From positions 9,683 to 73,682 of the forward strand of contig JANORP010000005.1 of NCBI GenBank assembly GCA_031415375.1: 64,000 nucleotides of DNA, read 5' to 3'. The notes under the pieces were generated by a model. That model was not told the origin of the DNA. It worked only from the letters and a program-made list of their open reading frames with translations, and made no database searches. Below, in pieces: positions 55,208-63,442 of this stretch (position 1 is the first letter of the stretch; the number at the start of each line of letters is the position of its first letter). The DNA is from Bacteroidota bacterium. GTDB taxonomy: Bacteria; Bacteroidota; Bacteroidia; J057; JADKCL01. The position numbers and the translations under genes are program-made.

Positions 55208-56347
55208 ATGAATGTAAGTCCTCCACTCCCCCTTCCTGAAGCGCTGCTAGCGCGCATGGACGCCACGCCACAAAACCCCCGCTATCACCGCGAAGGCAGC
55301 GTGCTGGCCCACACGCAATATGTGCTGCAGCAATTTCAAGCCCACCAAGACCAATTCGGATTGACCGAAGAGGAAAAGCTGGTGCTGTATTGGGCGGCAG
55401 TCTTGCACGACGTCGGCAAGATCGTGACCACCATCTGGCAAGATGAGCGCCACCGCTCACCAGGCCACGAGCGCGCAAGCGTGCCTTTTGCGCAGGAAAT
55501 CCTGCTCCAGCAACCTGATCTTACGGCGGCGAGCCGCCGCAAGATCTTGGACTTGATCAGGTGGCATGGCTTGCCACTGCGCTTTGCACAGACCCAGCAG
55601 CCTATAGAGGTTGTCAAAAAATTGGGCACGCGCACAGACCTACGACTTTTGGGGATTTTTGCCTTGTGTGATTTCTGGGGGCGCGATTGCGACGACAAGC
55701 CAGAGATGTTGGCCATCATGGGCAATTTCAAGGAATTGATCGTGCCGCAAGTCGAGTTTGAACTCGGCAAATATGCCGACTTGGAAACGGCATCGATGAC
55801 CTGGAATCTGAGGCACAAAAACGCCATCTGGAGCGCCTACAAAATGGGCGACATGCGGCTGCTAGAGAAACTCATTCCGGCACGCCAAACCAATACCCTG
55901 GAAACGCGCGGTCAGCGCGTGACCATCGTCTTTGGGCCGCCACTCGCCGGCAAGACCACTTGGCTAGACCTGCACTATCCAGACCACTTCAGGGTAAGTC
56001 TGCACGAGCATGAATTTACCAATGCCATGCGTGGCAATGAATACCTCATCGCCCGCAAGCTCATCGAGCTCAAACACCTCATGCGCGTGTACCTCAATCG
56101 TCATCAGCATGTGGTGCTGGAAAGCCGTGACCTGGATGAAAACATCCGCCTGAGGCTTGCAGAGGTCTTGCGCGACATGCCCGTCGAGCTGGATTACGTG
56201 CTCGTCGAGGCTGGCCTTGACGAGCTGCGGGATCGCAACCTGCTTGCGGCATCGCCGATCGAGGACAGCATCATCGCAGAGACCTATCACGCCATGGAAC
56301 TCGTGCATCCTTGGGAGGCACATGGCATCCAATATGTGAGAAGCTAA
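55208..56347 (+). CDS. HD-Pnk-type bifunctional end-healing enzyme (N-terminal CCA-enzyme-like HD phosphoesterase + C-terminal P-loop polynucleotide kinase)
   Basis: 'QNPRYHREGSVLAHT...AAVLHDVGK' matches the HD domain of class II CCA-adding enzymes (WHPE...HD.GK). 'IVFGPPLAGKTTW' is a Walker A of the AAA_33/Pnk kinase type. The ~380-aa size matches that two-domain architecture. Confidence 0.7.
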   Translation: MNVSPPLPLPEALLARMDATPQNPRYHREGSVLAHTQYVLQQFQAHQDQFGLTEEEKLVLYWAAVLHDVGKIVTTIWQDERHRSPGHERASVPFAQEILLQQPDLTAASRRKILDLIRWHGLPLRFAQTQQPIEVVKKLGTRTDLRLLGIFALCDFWGRDCDDKPEMLAIMGNFKELIVPQVEFELGKYADLETASMTWNLRHKNAIWSAYKMGDMRLLEKLIPARQTNTLETRGQRVTIVFGPPLAGKTTWLDLHYPDHFRVSLHEHEFTNAMRGNEYLIARKLIELKHLMRVYLNRHQHVVLESRDLDENIRLRLAEVLRDMPVELDYVLVEAGLDELRDRNLLAASPIEDSIIAETYHAMELVHPWEAHGIQYVRS

Positions 56348-56459
56348 AGCATGGCCTAAGGCGGAATAGTGCCATGGTCACCACCGGCAACCCCGCGAAT
56401 TCATGTCGCAGCATGTGCATGCACCCAAGCCTACTTGTATCCTTGAATTGAGCCTTAAA

Positions 56460-56918
56460 TCAAGCTTTTTGAGGCAGGAAGCGGCCCATCCACGTCTGGT
56501 CCAAGGGCAATTCCCAGCGGGAGAGATCGTTGGTTTGGCCCATCGTGCTGTCAAAAACGGTGGTCGCGGCCGATAGACGGCCATCCAAGATGGCTGCCCT
56601 GACCTCCTTGAAATCCATGTGATCGAGCTGCCCGCCTGCTCCTTTGAAAAAAATGCGTTCAGGGCCTAGAATTTCCAGATTTTGACGCGTCAAAATATCT
56701 GTAACGCCCTTGGTCATGCTATCAATAGAGCAACCTGTGGCATGGCCAGGTTCGGCAACAACTACGATAAAACGGTCATGCCGCATCTCGGCTTTCCCCG
56801 GCACAGGCGCACCGTGGGCCTTCCAGACCGCCGTAAAGGCATCGAGTTGCTGAAGTACAAGCGCTTTGGTAGCCTCAGATGGGGTCACCGCCAATTGAAA
56901 AATCCAGATGTGTTGCAT
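56460..56918 (-). CDS. conserved Bacteroidota protein of unknown function (family often mis-annotated 'ABC transporter ATPase')
   Basis: 152 aa. 'W.AHG.PV......H.RFIVV.AEPG.ATGCSID' matches a small conserved family as I remember it. No Walker motifs. Confidence 0.55.
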   Translation of the reverse strand: MQHIWIFQLAVTPSEATKALVLQQLDAFTAVWKAHGAPVPGKAEMRHDRFIVVVAEPGHATGCSIDSMTKGVTDILTRQNLEILGPERIFFKGAGGQLDHMDFKEVRAAILDGRLSAATTVFDSTMGQTNDLSRWELPLDQTWMGRFLPQKA

Positions 56919-56924
56919 AGCTGC

Positions 56925-57563
56925 TCAATGCGTAACTTGAAATGCCTTTTCGGCAACCGCCTTGTCGAGCAAGGCTTGCGTGACTACCAGCAAATAGCGG
57001 TCCTTTTTGAGGCAACTGATATCGAGCTGATAAATGTATTCACCAGCGAGGTTGAAGGGCATCACCTTGGTAACTACCTGCTCACCGATTCTGTTATAAA
57101 CGCGCACAATCAATTCTTGATCTTGATCGACGTGGTACTCGATCAGCAACTTGCGTTCATGGTCGATCACCACCTCGTCGAGCGTGACATTGATCGAGTA
57201 GTCGGCCAGCGTGAACTCCGAAAGAATGTCTAATTTGCCATTGGGGTCGGCTTTGCGGATGCGGTAATGCCGTAATTTCTCGTCCTTGACATCGACAAAA
57301 TTGTATTCGGCATGACGATCGACACCACCCTTGCCCTTCACGCGTGCCCTGATGCGCCAGTCTTTGCCATCCTCGCTTGCCTCCACCAAAAAGTCAAATC
57401 CGCTGCGCTCAAACTCCGTGCTCCATGAAACATAGATTTCATGGTAGAAGATCTTTCCCTCGGCATGAATGATCTTCACGTCTGCCACAGGCCCCCCCTC
57501 AGCAGCCTTGACCGAGGCGACTGCCAAAAACATCACAAAACCGAGCGTCAAAAGTCGTTTCAT
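56925..57563 (-). CDS. secreted protein with Ig/FN3-like module and CTD-like C-terminus
   Basis: Start at ATG 57563 (MKRLLTLGFVMFLAVASVKA). 'Y.SWSTEFE..GFDFLVEASEDGKDW....YNFVD.....HYRIRKADPNGK' is the same module seen before the T9SS CTDs elsewhere in the window. Its stop lies 6 nt from the next gene. Confidence 0.65.
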   Translation of the reverse strand: MKRLLTLGFVMFLAVASVKAAEGGPVADVKIIHAEGKIFYHEIYVSWSTEFERSGFDFLVEASEDGKDWRIRARVKGKGGVDRHAEYNFVDVKDEKLRHYRIRKADPNGKLDILSEFTLADYSINVTLDEVVIDHERKLLIEYHVDQDQELIVRVYNRIGEQVVTKVMPFNLAGEYIYQLDISCLKKDRYLLVVTQALLDKAVAEKAFQVTH

Positions 57564-57601
57564 ATCCGCTGAAAATATCCAGAGCCTTAAAATAAGCGAA
57601 T

Positions 57602-57610
57602 TGTGGATAA
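57602..57610 (-). promoter_or_regulatory. perfect DnaA-box 9-mer (TTATCCACA on the minus strand)
   Basis: The plus strand reads TGTGGATAA at 57602..57610, 39 bp upstream of the ATG at 57563. Confidence 0.5.
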
Positions 57611-57665
57611 ACATGCAAGCGCAATGCGAAATTTAAATGGAGACATCGATGACGCCCCAATAAAA

Positions 57666-57674
57666 TGTGGATAA
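57666..57674 (-). promoter_or_regulatory. second perfect DnaA-box 9-mer, same orientation
   Basis: The plus strand reads TGTGGATAA at 57666..57674, 64 bp from the first copy in the same AT-rich intergenic region. Confidence 0.5.
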
Positions 57675-57840
57675 CTACGGATTTAACTTTCCGTCCCCAA
57701 CAAAATAAATGCTGCATTTTCCTGTGAATCCGCCGCATTCCCGCGATTTGCAGCCCTTCATCCAGCGCCAAGCAAGTTTGCAGGCTCTACTCATTTCCAC
57801 ATTTGTAAAATACCGCTGCAACAAATAGGATTCCCGAATG

Positions 57841-57883
57841 CCAAAACAAAATGCGGCTGAACCCCTAAGGACTCAGCCGCATT
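57841..57883 (-). terminator. rho-independent terminator of the S46 peptidase gene
   Basis: AATGCGGCTGA (57850..57860) pairs with TCAGCCGCATT (57873..57883). On the minus strand it is followed by TTGTTTTGG. Confidence 0.7.
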
Positions 57884-57901
57884 CACAATTTGTCGAAGAC
57901 C

Positions 57902-60097
57902 TTATTCGACGATCGTCAGTTCCTTGATCAAGTTGGTGGCGCCAGCATACTTTTCGATCACGAAAAGCACGTAGCGGATGTCCACACTGATCGTGCGCTG
58001 CACACGTGGATCATAGACGAGGTCGCCCGTCATCGATTCCCAGTTGCCATCAAACGCAAGACCGATCAATTGACCGCTGCCATTGATAACAGGAGAACCC
58101 GAGTTGCCACCGGTGATATCGTTGTCGGTGAGGAAACACACAGGCAGCTTGCCGTTTTTGCCATAGCGACCATAGTCTTTGGCAGCCAAGAGGTCATGGA
58201 GCTTGGTAGGCACATCAAATTCCTCGTCGCCCTTGACTTCTTTTTCCAAGATACCGTCGGCATAGGTATAGGCTTTGTAGCTCACACCGTCGCGTGGATC
58301 ATAAGGAATCATCTTGCCGTAGCTCACACGCATCGTGAAATTGGCATCGGGATAATACTTCTTGCCAGTATTCATCTCATGGAGACCAGCCTCATAAGCC
58401 ATCATGTTGGCGCTATTGACAGCATCAAACATACCTTGACCGACCGCCAACTGCGAACGGTAGAGGTCGATGATGCTGGAAATGAACTCGACTCCTGGGT
58501 CAGCCTCAAGTGCCTTTTTGCTAGGATTCTCCAAAAACGCCTTGCATTTGGCTTCGCTCACCAACATGCTGTTCTTGAACACGCTGGCAGCATAGCTGTC
58601 AAAACGGGTCATGTCGCCCTTGGCTTTGGCCTTGGAGAAGGTTTTGCCTTTGAAGGCAGCAGGCTGCATTCCGGCAGGCAGGTCGGTGTGCAAGAACTCC
58701 GTCATGCGCGAGAAGATATTCTGGTCGGTGTGGAGGTTGTACTCCTTGAAGTGCGCCTCCAAGCCAGCACTGAGCGCATCGAGCTGCGGTTGTGCCTTGC
58801 TTTTGTCTTTCTCTTTGTCGTCAAGGGCACGTGTGAGGCGCCAGTAACCGATCCCGTAGGTCACGAGACCTGGTGCAAAAGCAGCCATGTTGATATAGCT
58901 GGAGAGCTTGAGCACATCTTTGCTCTTCTCATAATTTTCCTTGAATTGGCTCAATACTTCGCCATACTTGGCTTTGCGACCTTGGTCAGCATTGACCCAG
59001 TTGGTAAATTGTTTTTCCATCGCCTCGCGCTCCTCGATGAGGCCGCGACGGTCAAGGCCACGGTTTTGGCCGAGGAAATACTTGTAGGTATTGGCGAGGG
59101 AAGCATAGTTGCTGGCCATCATGATGCGCACCTTAGGATCGGCATCCATATCGGCCTTCATGATGCGCAGGCGCTCACCCAGGATTTTCACGATGAGCGG
59201 ATTGCTGTTTTTGTACTGGAAGTCGATGGCATAGCTGCTCAGATAGCGGTCTGTGCTGCCAGGATAACCCATGGTCATCGCAAAATCACCTTCGTTCAAG
59301 CCTTTGATCGAGATCGGCAAGAAGTGCTTGGGCTTGTAGGGCACATTGTCAGCGGAGTATTCCGCAGGCTTGTTGTCCTTGTTGGCATAGACCCTGAAGA
59401 TGGAGAAGTCGCCTGTCTGCCGCGGCCACATCCAGTTGTCGGTGTCGCCACCAAACTTGCCGATGCTTGACGGCGGTGCGCCGACCAAACGAATGTCATT
59501 GAAGACTTCATAGACCATGAGCATGTACTCATTGCCATTGAACATTGACTTGACCTCGGCGCGGAAGAGTTCGCCTTCAGCAGCCTCTTCCTCGATTTTG
59601 CCGATTTCTTCTTCGCGCTTGGCCTCAGCCTCTTCTTCAGACAGACCTTCGACAGCCTTGTTGATGCGATCAGTCACCGACTCGATGCGCTGCAAAAAGG
59701 AAACATTGAGGCCCTCATTGGGGAGCTCTTGGTCTTTGCTCATGGCCCAGAAGCCATTGGTCAAGTAATCATGCTCCACAGAACTCTGTGTCGCGATTGC
59801 GTCGTAGCCACAGTGGTGGTTGGTGAAGAGCAGCCCCTCAGGAGAGACCACCTCGGCGGTACAGAAGCCACCCATTTGCACAACAGCGTCTTTGAGGGAA
59901 GACTTGTTCACGCTATAAATGTCATCGGCAGTGAGCTTGAAGCCCATCTGTTGCATTTCAGCGAAATTGAGTGTCTTGATCAGGTGGGGCAACCACATAC
60001 CCTCGTTGGGGGGTACAGGCATGGAGCTTGGTGTACCGGCGAAAACACCGAGGCCAAACAGCATCCCCACCAACATCAGAAAAGGTTTCTTTAGCAT
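57902..60097 (-). CDS. S46-family dipeptidyl-peptidase (DPP7/DPP11-like)
   Basis: Start at ATG 60097 (MLKKPFLMLVGMLFGLGVFA). EGMWLPH..., catalytic-His block LFTNHHCGYDA, and catalytic-Ser block DITGGNSGSPVINGSGQLIGLAFDGNWE. Confidence 0.9.
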   Translation of the reverse strand: MLKKPFLMLVGMLFGLGVFAGTPSSMPVPPNEGMWLPHLIKTLNFAEMQQMGFKLTADDIYSVNKSSLKDAVVQMGGFCTAEVVSPEGLLFTNHHCGYDAIATQSSVEHDYLTNGFWAMSKDQELPNEGLNVSFLQRIESVTDRINKAVEGLSEEEAEAKREEEIGKIEEEAAEGELFRAEVKSMFNGNEYMLMVYEVFNDIRLVGAPPSSIGKFGGDTDNWMWPRQTGDFSIFRVYANKDNKPAEYSADNVPYKPKHFLPISIKGLNEGDFAMTMGYPGSTDRYLSSYAIDFQYKNSNPLIVKILGERLRIMKADMDADPKVRIMMASNYASLANTYKYFLGQNRGLDRRGLIEEREAMEKQFTNWVNADQGRKAKYGEVLSQFKENYEKSKDVLKLSSYINMAAFAPGLVTYGIGYWRLTRALDDKEKDKSKAQPQLDALSAGLEAHFKEYNLHTDQNIFSRMTEFLHTDLPAGMQPAAFKGKTFSKAKAKGDMTRFDSYAASVFKNSMLVSEAKCKAFLENPSKKALEADPGVEFISSIIDLYRSQLAVGQGMFDAVNSANMMAYEAGLHEMNTGKKYYPDANFTMRVSYGKMIPYDPRDGVSYKAYTYADGILEKEVKGDEEFDVPTKLHDLLAAKDYGRYGKNGKLPVCFLTDNDITGGNSGSPVINGSGQLIGLAFDGNWESMTGDLVYDPRVQRTISVDIRYVLFVIEKYAGATNLIKELTIVE

Positions 60098-60434
60098 AAT
60101 GTGAGATATTTTTAGGCGAAATTTCACGTTAAAACAGGGCGAAAATTAAGGAAAACAATTCAGATTGCACAGCAAAGCCCTGCGACAAAACCTTCCGAAG
60201 CTCAATTATTGGCCAAAATGGCAATTATTCACCCCAAATTGTTGCCCCAAAAAAGAAGTCCATGTAACCTAAACCTAAAATTACCCTAAAAATAGTGCTC
60301 GCCTGAGAAGCTGAATCGTTGCAGATGCGTGAATGCCCCACAGGTAACCACCGCCAAAGCATGTAATCCAAAGCCATATTTCGGTATATGCAATTCAGGA
60401 AAGTGCTGCACCTTTGGATCAAAGAAAATTGTCA

Positions 60435-61289
60435 ATGTCTAAAATGAAAGCGACCATGAATATGCGTAAAACTTCAACCCTCGCCACCGCCCTGCTCGCC
60501 ATCTTGATGGTTTGCAGCCTAAGCGGTTGGGGCCAATCCGCAGAAATCCAAGGAACCGTAAAAGACGGAGCCGTGGTAATGCCTGGACAAAGTGTCCAAC
60601 TCTGGAAAGATGGTAATTTCACAGGCCGTGGTTACCTCACAGACGATGAAGGCAAGTTTGAGTTTTCAAGACTGGAGGCTGGTAGCTACAGCATTAAACT
60701 CACTGTCTCTGGGCAAACCATTGTTCAAAATATCACTGTTGAAACCGATGAACTTCAGCCTATGGTCATCCAAATAGCCGTGAGCAATGAAGGTGAAGAT
60801 GGTCCAGAAACTAGGCATAAAGGACTTGTGATCCGGGACTCCAAAGAGATATTCACTGTCGATCCCAAAATCACATGGACGATGGACCGCAAGGAGATCG
60901 AGGAATTTGGCGGCGGTCGCGACATCAAAGCACTTGTTGCACTCGCCCCAGGCATGGTGCAAAAAGATGCTGGCGATCCCCTCAATTTCAAGGGCGGCCG
61001 CTCCGATGCCAATGCAACATATATGGATGGCATGAAATTGCGCGGAACAGATCAGATGCCACTTGGCGCCATCGAACAGATCACCGTAGTCACTGGCGGC
61101 CTACCTGCTGAATATGGAGACGTGATGGGCGCGGTCATTGTCGTGACCACACGCAACCCAGGCATACATATGGGCCACATCGGCAAGCCGCTGACCAAAA
61201 CCGAGAAGCAAATGCAAAAGCAATTGCGCAAAAAAGGCAGCTCCGAAGGCGCACTGTGGCTCGACCTAGATGGTTTGGCTTGCAACTGA
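60435..61289 (+). CDS. stand-alone CarboxypepD_reg + TonB-dependent-receptor plug domain protein (no barrel)
   Basis: Signal peptide (…MRKTSTLATALLAILMVCSLSGWG; ATG 60462 is an alternative start). IQGTVKDGAVVMPGQSVQLW...DDEGKFEFSRLEAGSY is CarboxypepD_reg-like. 'DIKALVALAPGMVQ...GGRSDANATYMDGMKL...IEQITVVTGGLPAEYGDVMGAVIVVTTR' is a TBDR plug. The ORF then stops and is followed by a strong terminator. Confidence 0.75.
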   Translation: MSKMKATMNMRKTSTLATALLAILMVCSLSGWGQSAEIQGTVKDGAVVMPGQSVQLWKDGNFTGRGYLTDDEGKFEFSRLEAGSYSIKLTVSGQTIVQNITVETDELQPMVIQIAVSNEGEDGPETRHKGLVIRDSKEIFTVDPKITWTMDRKEIEEFGGGRDIKALVALAPGMVQKDAGDPLNFKGGRSDANATYMDGMKLRGTDQMPLGAIEQITVVTGGLPAEYGDVMGAVIVVTTRNPGIHMGHIGKPLTKTEKQMQKQLRKKGSSEGALWLDLDGLACN

Positions 61290-61344
61290 TCTGGCAATCC
61301 TGATTTGAATTGACTCGATATTTTCTCAACCTATTTCAAGACCA

Positions 61345-61377
61345 CCCGGTAGAAGGCTCGCCTTCTCCGGGTTTTTT
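61345..61377 (+). terminator. rho-independent terminator after the plug-only gene
   Basis: CCCGG(T)AGAAGG-ctcg-CCTTCTCCGGG. 11 bp with a one-base bulge, followed by TTTTTT. Confidence 0.8.
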
Positions 61378-61448
61378 CTTTGCAGGATTTTGCAAATGTG
61401 CCACATCTTGCCTACCTTCCATTGATTTTCAACACAGTACATATTTGC

Positions 61449-61883
61449 ATGAAATCCCTTGCGTTGCGCTTCCTCCTAGCTTGTCTCTTGCCAGCGATCC
61501 TGTTGCTGAGCATGCCTGCTTGGGGGCAAAATGGTAGCATCAAGGGACAGGTGATCCATAAAGGTGCGCCGCTTGAGTTTATCACCATCAAGCTTTGCGA
61601 CACAAAAGGAAACGTCCTCAACGGGACGTTGAGCGACGAGCTGGGCCACTTCGAATTCAAGCAGCTGAACCCTGGCTCCTATTCGTTGATCGGTGAATAT
61701 GAAGGCTATACTTTGCAAACGAAAGTGGTTGTGGGCATCGATGCGCAAGTCGTCGTCACCTTGACCCCGAGCATCTTCAGATGGATTCCACAGCCGCAAC
61801 CCAAGTATTTGCAAGAGGAAATCTTGATCACTTATGTGATTTATAACCATCAATCGGGCAGCCATCGCCTTGCATTCAGCTAA
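61449..61883 (+). CDS. small secreted CarboxypepD_reg-like domain protein
   Basis: Start at ATG 61449 (MKSLALRFLLACLLPAILLLSMPAWG). 'IKGQVIHKGAPLEFITIKLCDTKGNVLNGTLSDELGHFEFKQLNPGSYSL' is CarboxypepD_reg-like. Confidence 0.65.
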   Translation: MKSLALRFLLACLLPAILLLSMPAWGQNGSIKGQVIHKGAPLEFITIKLCDTKGNVLNGTLSDELGHFEFKQLNPGSYSLIGEYEGYTLQTKVVVGIDAQVVVTLTPSIFRWIPQPQPKYLQEEILITYVIYNHQSGSHRLAFS

Positions 61884-61943
61884 AAAATACCAGCATACCA
61901 CCTAATTCACTTAATTTGCAACCTGTATTTCAACAGAAAAAGA

Positions 61944-62642
61944 ATGATGAATTTCTCCTTGTCCCCTATACGCACTACCTTTTCTGCACTTGTAGCTGCC
62001 TGCACCATCGTCTTGTGTACCAGCTGTGAGGAGCCACCCGAGGCTTGTTTCACCCCGAGCGTGACGCTTACCGATGTGAATGCTCCCGTAAAATTGGAGA
62101 ACTGTAGCGAGCGCGCGACAGGATACACTTGGGATTTTGGCGATGGCAGCACCAGCACCGAAGCCAGTCCTACCCACACATTCACCGCCGAGGGGCAATA
62201 CCTCGTCGCCATCGTCGCCAAAGCCAAAGTGAGTGCAAATGACGATACCTACAAGACCCTGGTCGCAGCTGGGCAACGCCTATTCGCAAGCGCCACCATC
62301 GGCAGCCTGCCTGCAACCAACTCCAGCGGAGGCGCTTGGGATGCCAGCGACAACGCCGACATCGCCGTGCGCTTCTCGCAAGGCGCAACGGTTGCCTACC
62401 AAAGCCCCACGCAGACCGACGCCGCATGGACCTTCCCGATGACCGTGCCCACACCGACATCGAGCCTGGTCCTCACCCCCAATACCTGGACGATCACCCT
62501 CCTCGACATCGATGGCGGCAGCGAGGAGGTCATGGCAACATTCTCCGTGAACTTGCTGAGCTTCGTCCCAGTGGTGACCAAGACCATTGCACTCACCGCC
62601 AACAACAACAGCAGTATCTCGGTGAATTACACCCTGCGTTGA
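61944..62642 (+). CDS. PKD-domain lipoprotein
   Basis: Lipobox ...IVLCTSC. 'V.L.NCSERATGYTWDFGDGSTSTEASPTHTFTAEGQYLVAIVA' is a PKD domain, followed by a ~130-aa domain of unknown function. Confidence 0.75.
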   Translation: MMNFSLSPIRTTFSALVAACTIVLCTSCEEPPEACFTPSVTLTDVNAPVKLENCSERATGYTWDFGDGSTSTEASPTHTFTAEGQYLVAIVAKAKVSANDDTYKTLVAAGQRLFASATIGSLPATNSSGGAWDASDNADIAVRFSQGATVAYQSPTQTDAAWTFPMTVPTPTSSLVLTPNTWTITLLDIDGGSEEVMATFSVNLLSFVPVVTKTIALTANNNSSISVNYTLR

Positions 62643-62661
62643 TCGGCCAAAACTTTTTGCA

Positions 62662-63048
62662 ATGAACGTACAACTGGACCTGGTGACTGCCTTTCATCAC
62701 AGTTTCCGCATTCCGGCACGGCCTACTCCGACCGCCGAAATCCCGGAAGCCGAGATGCGTCACGAGATCATGCGCGAAGAAAACGATGAGTACCGTGAGG
62801 CTTGTGAAAAAGGCGACCTGATCGCGATCGCCGATGCGCTCGGCGATCAGCTCTATGTATTGTGTGGCACGATCATCGCCCATGGCTTGCAAGACAAAAT
62901 CGCAGCAATATTTGCCGAAATACACCGCTCCAATATGAGCAAGCTCGATGCCGACCAGCAGCCGATCTTGCGCGCCGACGGGAAGATTCTCAAAAGCGCT
63001 AACTATTTCAGACCACAACTCGCGCCGATTTTGGGCGTGGAAAGCTGA
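62662..63048 (+). CDS. MazG-like all-alpha nucleoside triphosphate pyrophosphohydrolase family protein
   Basis: 128 aa. 'EIMREENDEYREACEKGDLIAIADALGDQLYVLCG' matches the E..EE..E...D acidic metal-binding helix pair of MazG-like NTP-PPases. Confidence 0.65.
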   Translation: MNVQLDLVTAFHHSFRIPARPTPTAEIPEAEMRHEIMREENDEYREACEKGDLIAIADALGDQLYVLCGTIIAHGLQDKIAAIFAEIHRSNMSKLDADQQPILRADGKILKSANYFRPQLAPILGVES

Positions 63049-63085
63049 TTTTTGCTTTTCTTGCAGGCACATTTTCAAGAAACAC

Positions 63086-63442
63086 ATGGCCAAAACCATT
63101 TTCCATCTCTCTACCTGCAGCACCTGCGTGCGCATCCTCAAAGACCTGAAGCCAGGACCCGACGTCGTGTTGCAAGACATCAAGTCCAAGCCGCTCAGCG
63201 CGAAGCAATTGGATGAGATGCGTGCCCTCACAGGGAGTTACGAATCCCTATTCAGCCGCAGGTCACTGAAATACAAAGCCCTCGGATTGGGAGCGATGAC
63301 GCTTACTGAAGACGACTACCGTCGCTACATCTTGGAGGAATATACCTTTTTGAAGCGGCCCGTCGTGTTGCTCGGCAAGCAGATATTTGTCGGGAACACC
63401 GCCAAGGTCGTCGAGGAGGCCAAGGCCGCACTTGCACTATGA
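63086..63442 (+). CDS. ArsC/Spx/MgsR-family thioredoxin-fold protein
   Basis: Start at ATG 63086 (MAKTIFHLSTCSTCVRILKDL...). N-terminal CxxC on a thioredoxin-like fold, with 'YTFLKRPVVL' as in ArsC-family proteins. Confidence 0.7.
   Translation: MAKTIFHLSTCSTCVRILKDLKPGPDVVLQDIKSKPLSAKQLDEMRALTGSYESLFSRRSLKYKALGLGAMTLTEDDYRRYILEEYTFLKRPVVLLGKQIFVGNTAKVVEEAKAALAL

Noticed and set aside
57564-57901. Calling this region the chromosomal replication origin.
   Set aside because: Only two perfect boxes and one degenerate DnaA box were seen. I identified no AT-rich 13-mer-like unwinding element, no dnaA or dnaN gene is nearby, and there is no visible switch in gene-strand bias. It is reported as a DnaA-box cluster only.
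57890-59470. Very long antisense ORFs opposite well-supported genes: 526 aa here, 489 aa at 35777..37246, 393 aa at 41381..42562, 334 aa at 38674..39678, 301 aa at 20378..21283, 293 aa at 16489..17370, 263 aa at 28129..28920, 320 aa at 47496..48458 and 229 aa at 31950..32639.
   Set aside because: Each of these lies in the codon-aligned antisense frame of the real gene; I checked the coordinates modulo 3. In that frame, stops arise only from sense codons TTA, CTA and TCA, which this genome evidently avoids in many genes. The translations are R/H/G/D-rich and low in complexity with no motifs. The opposite strand encodes recognisable proteins (S46 peptidase, CinA, TBDR, FBPase and others). These are shadow ORFs, not overlapping genes.
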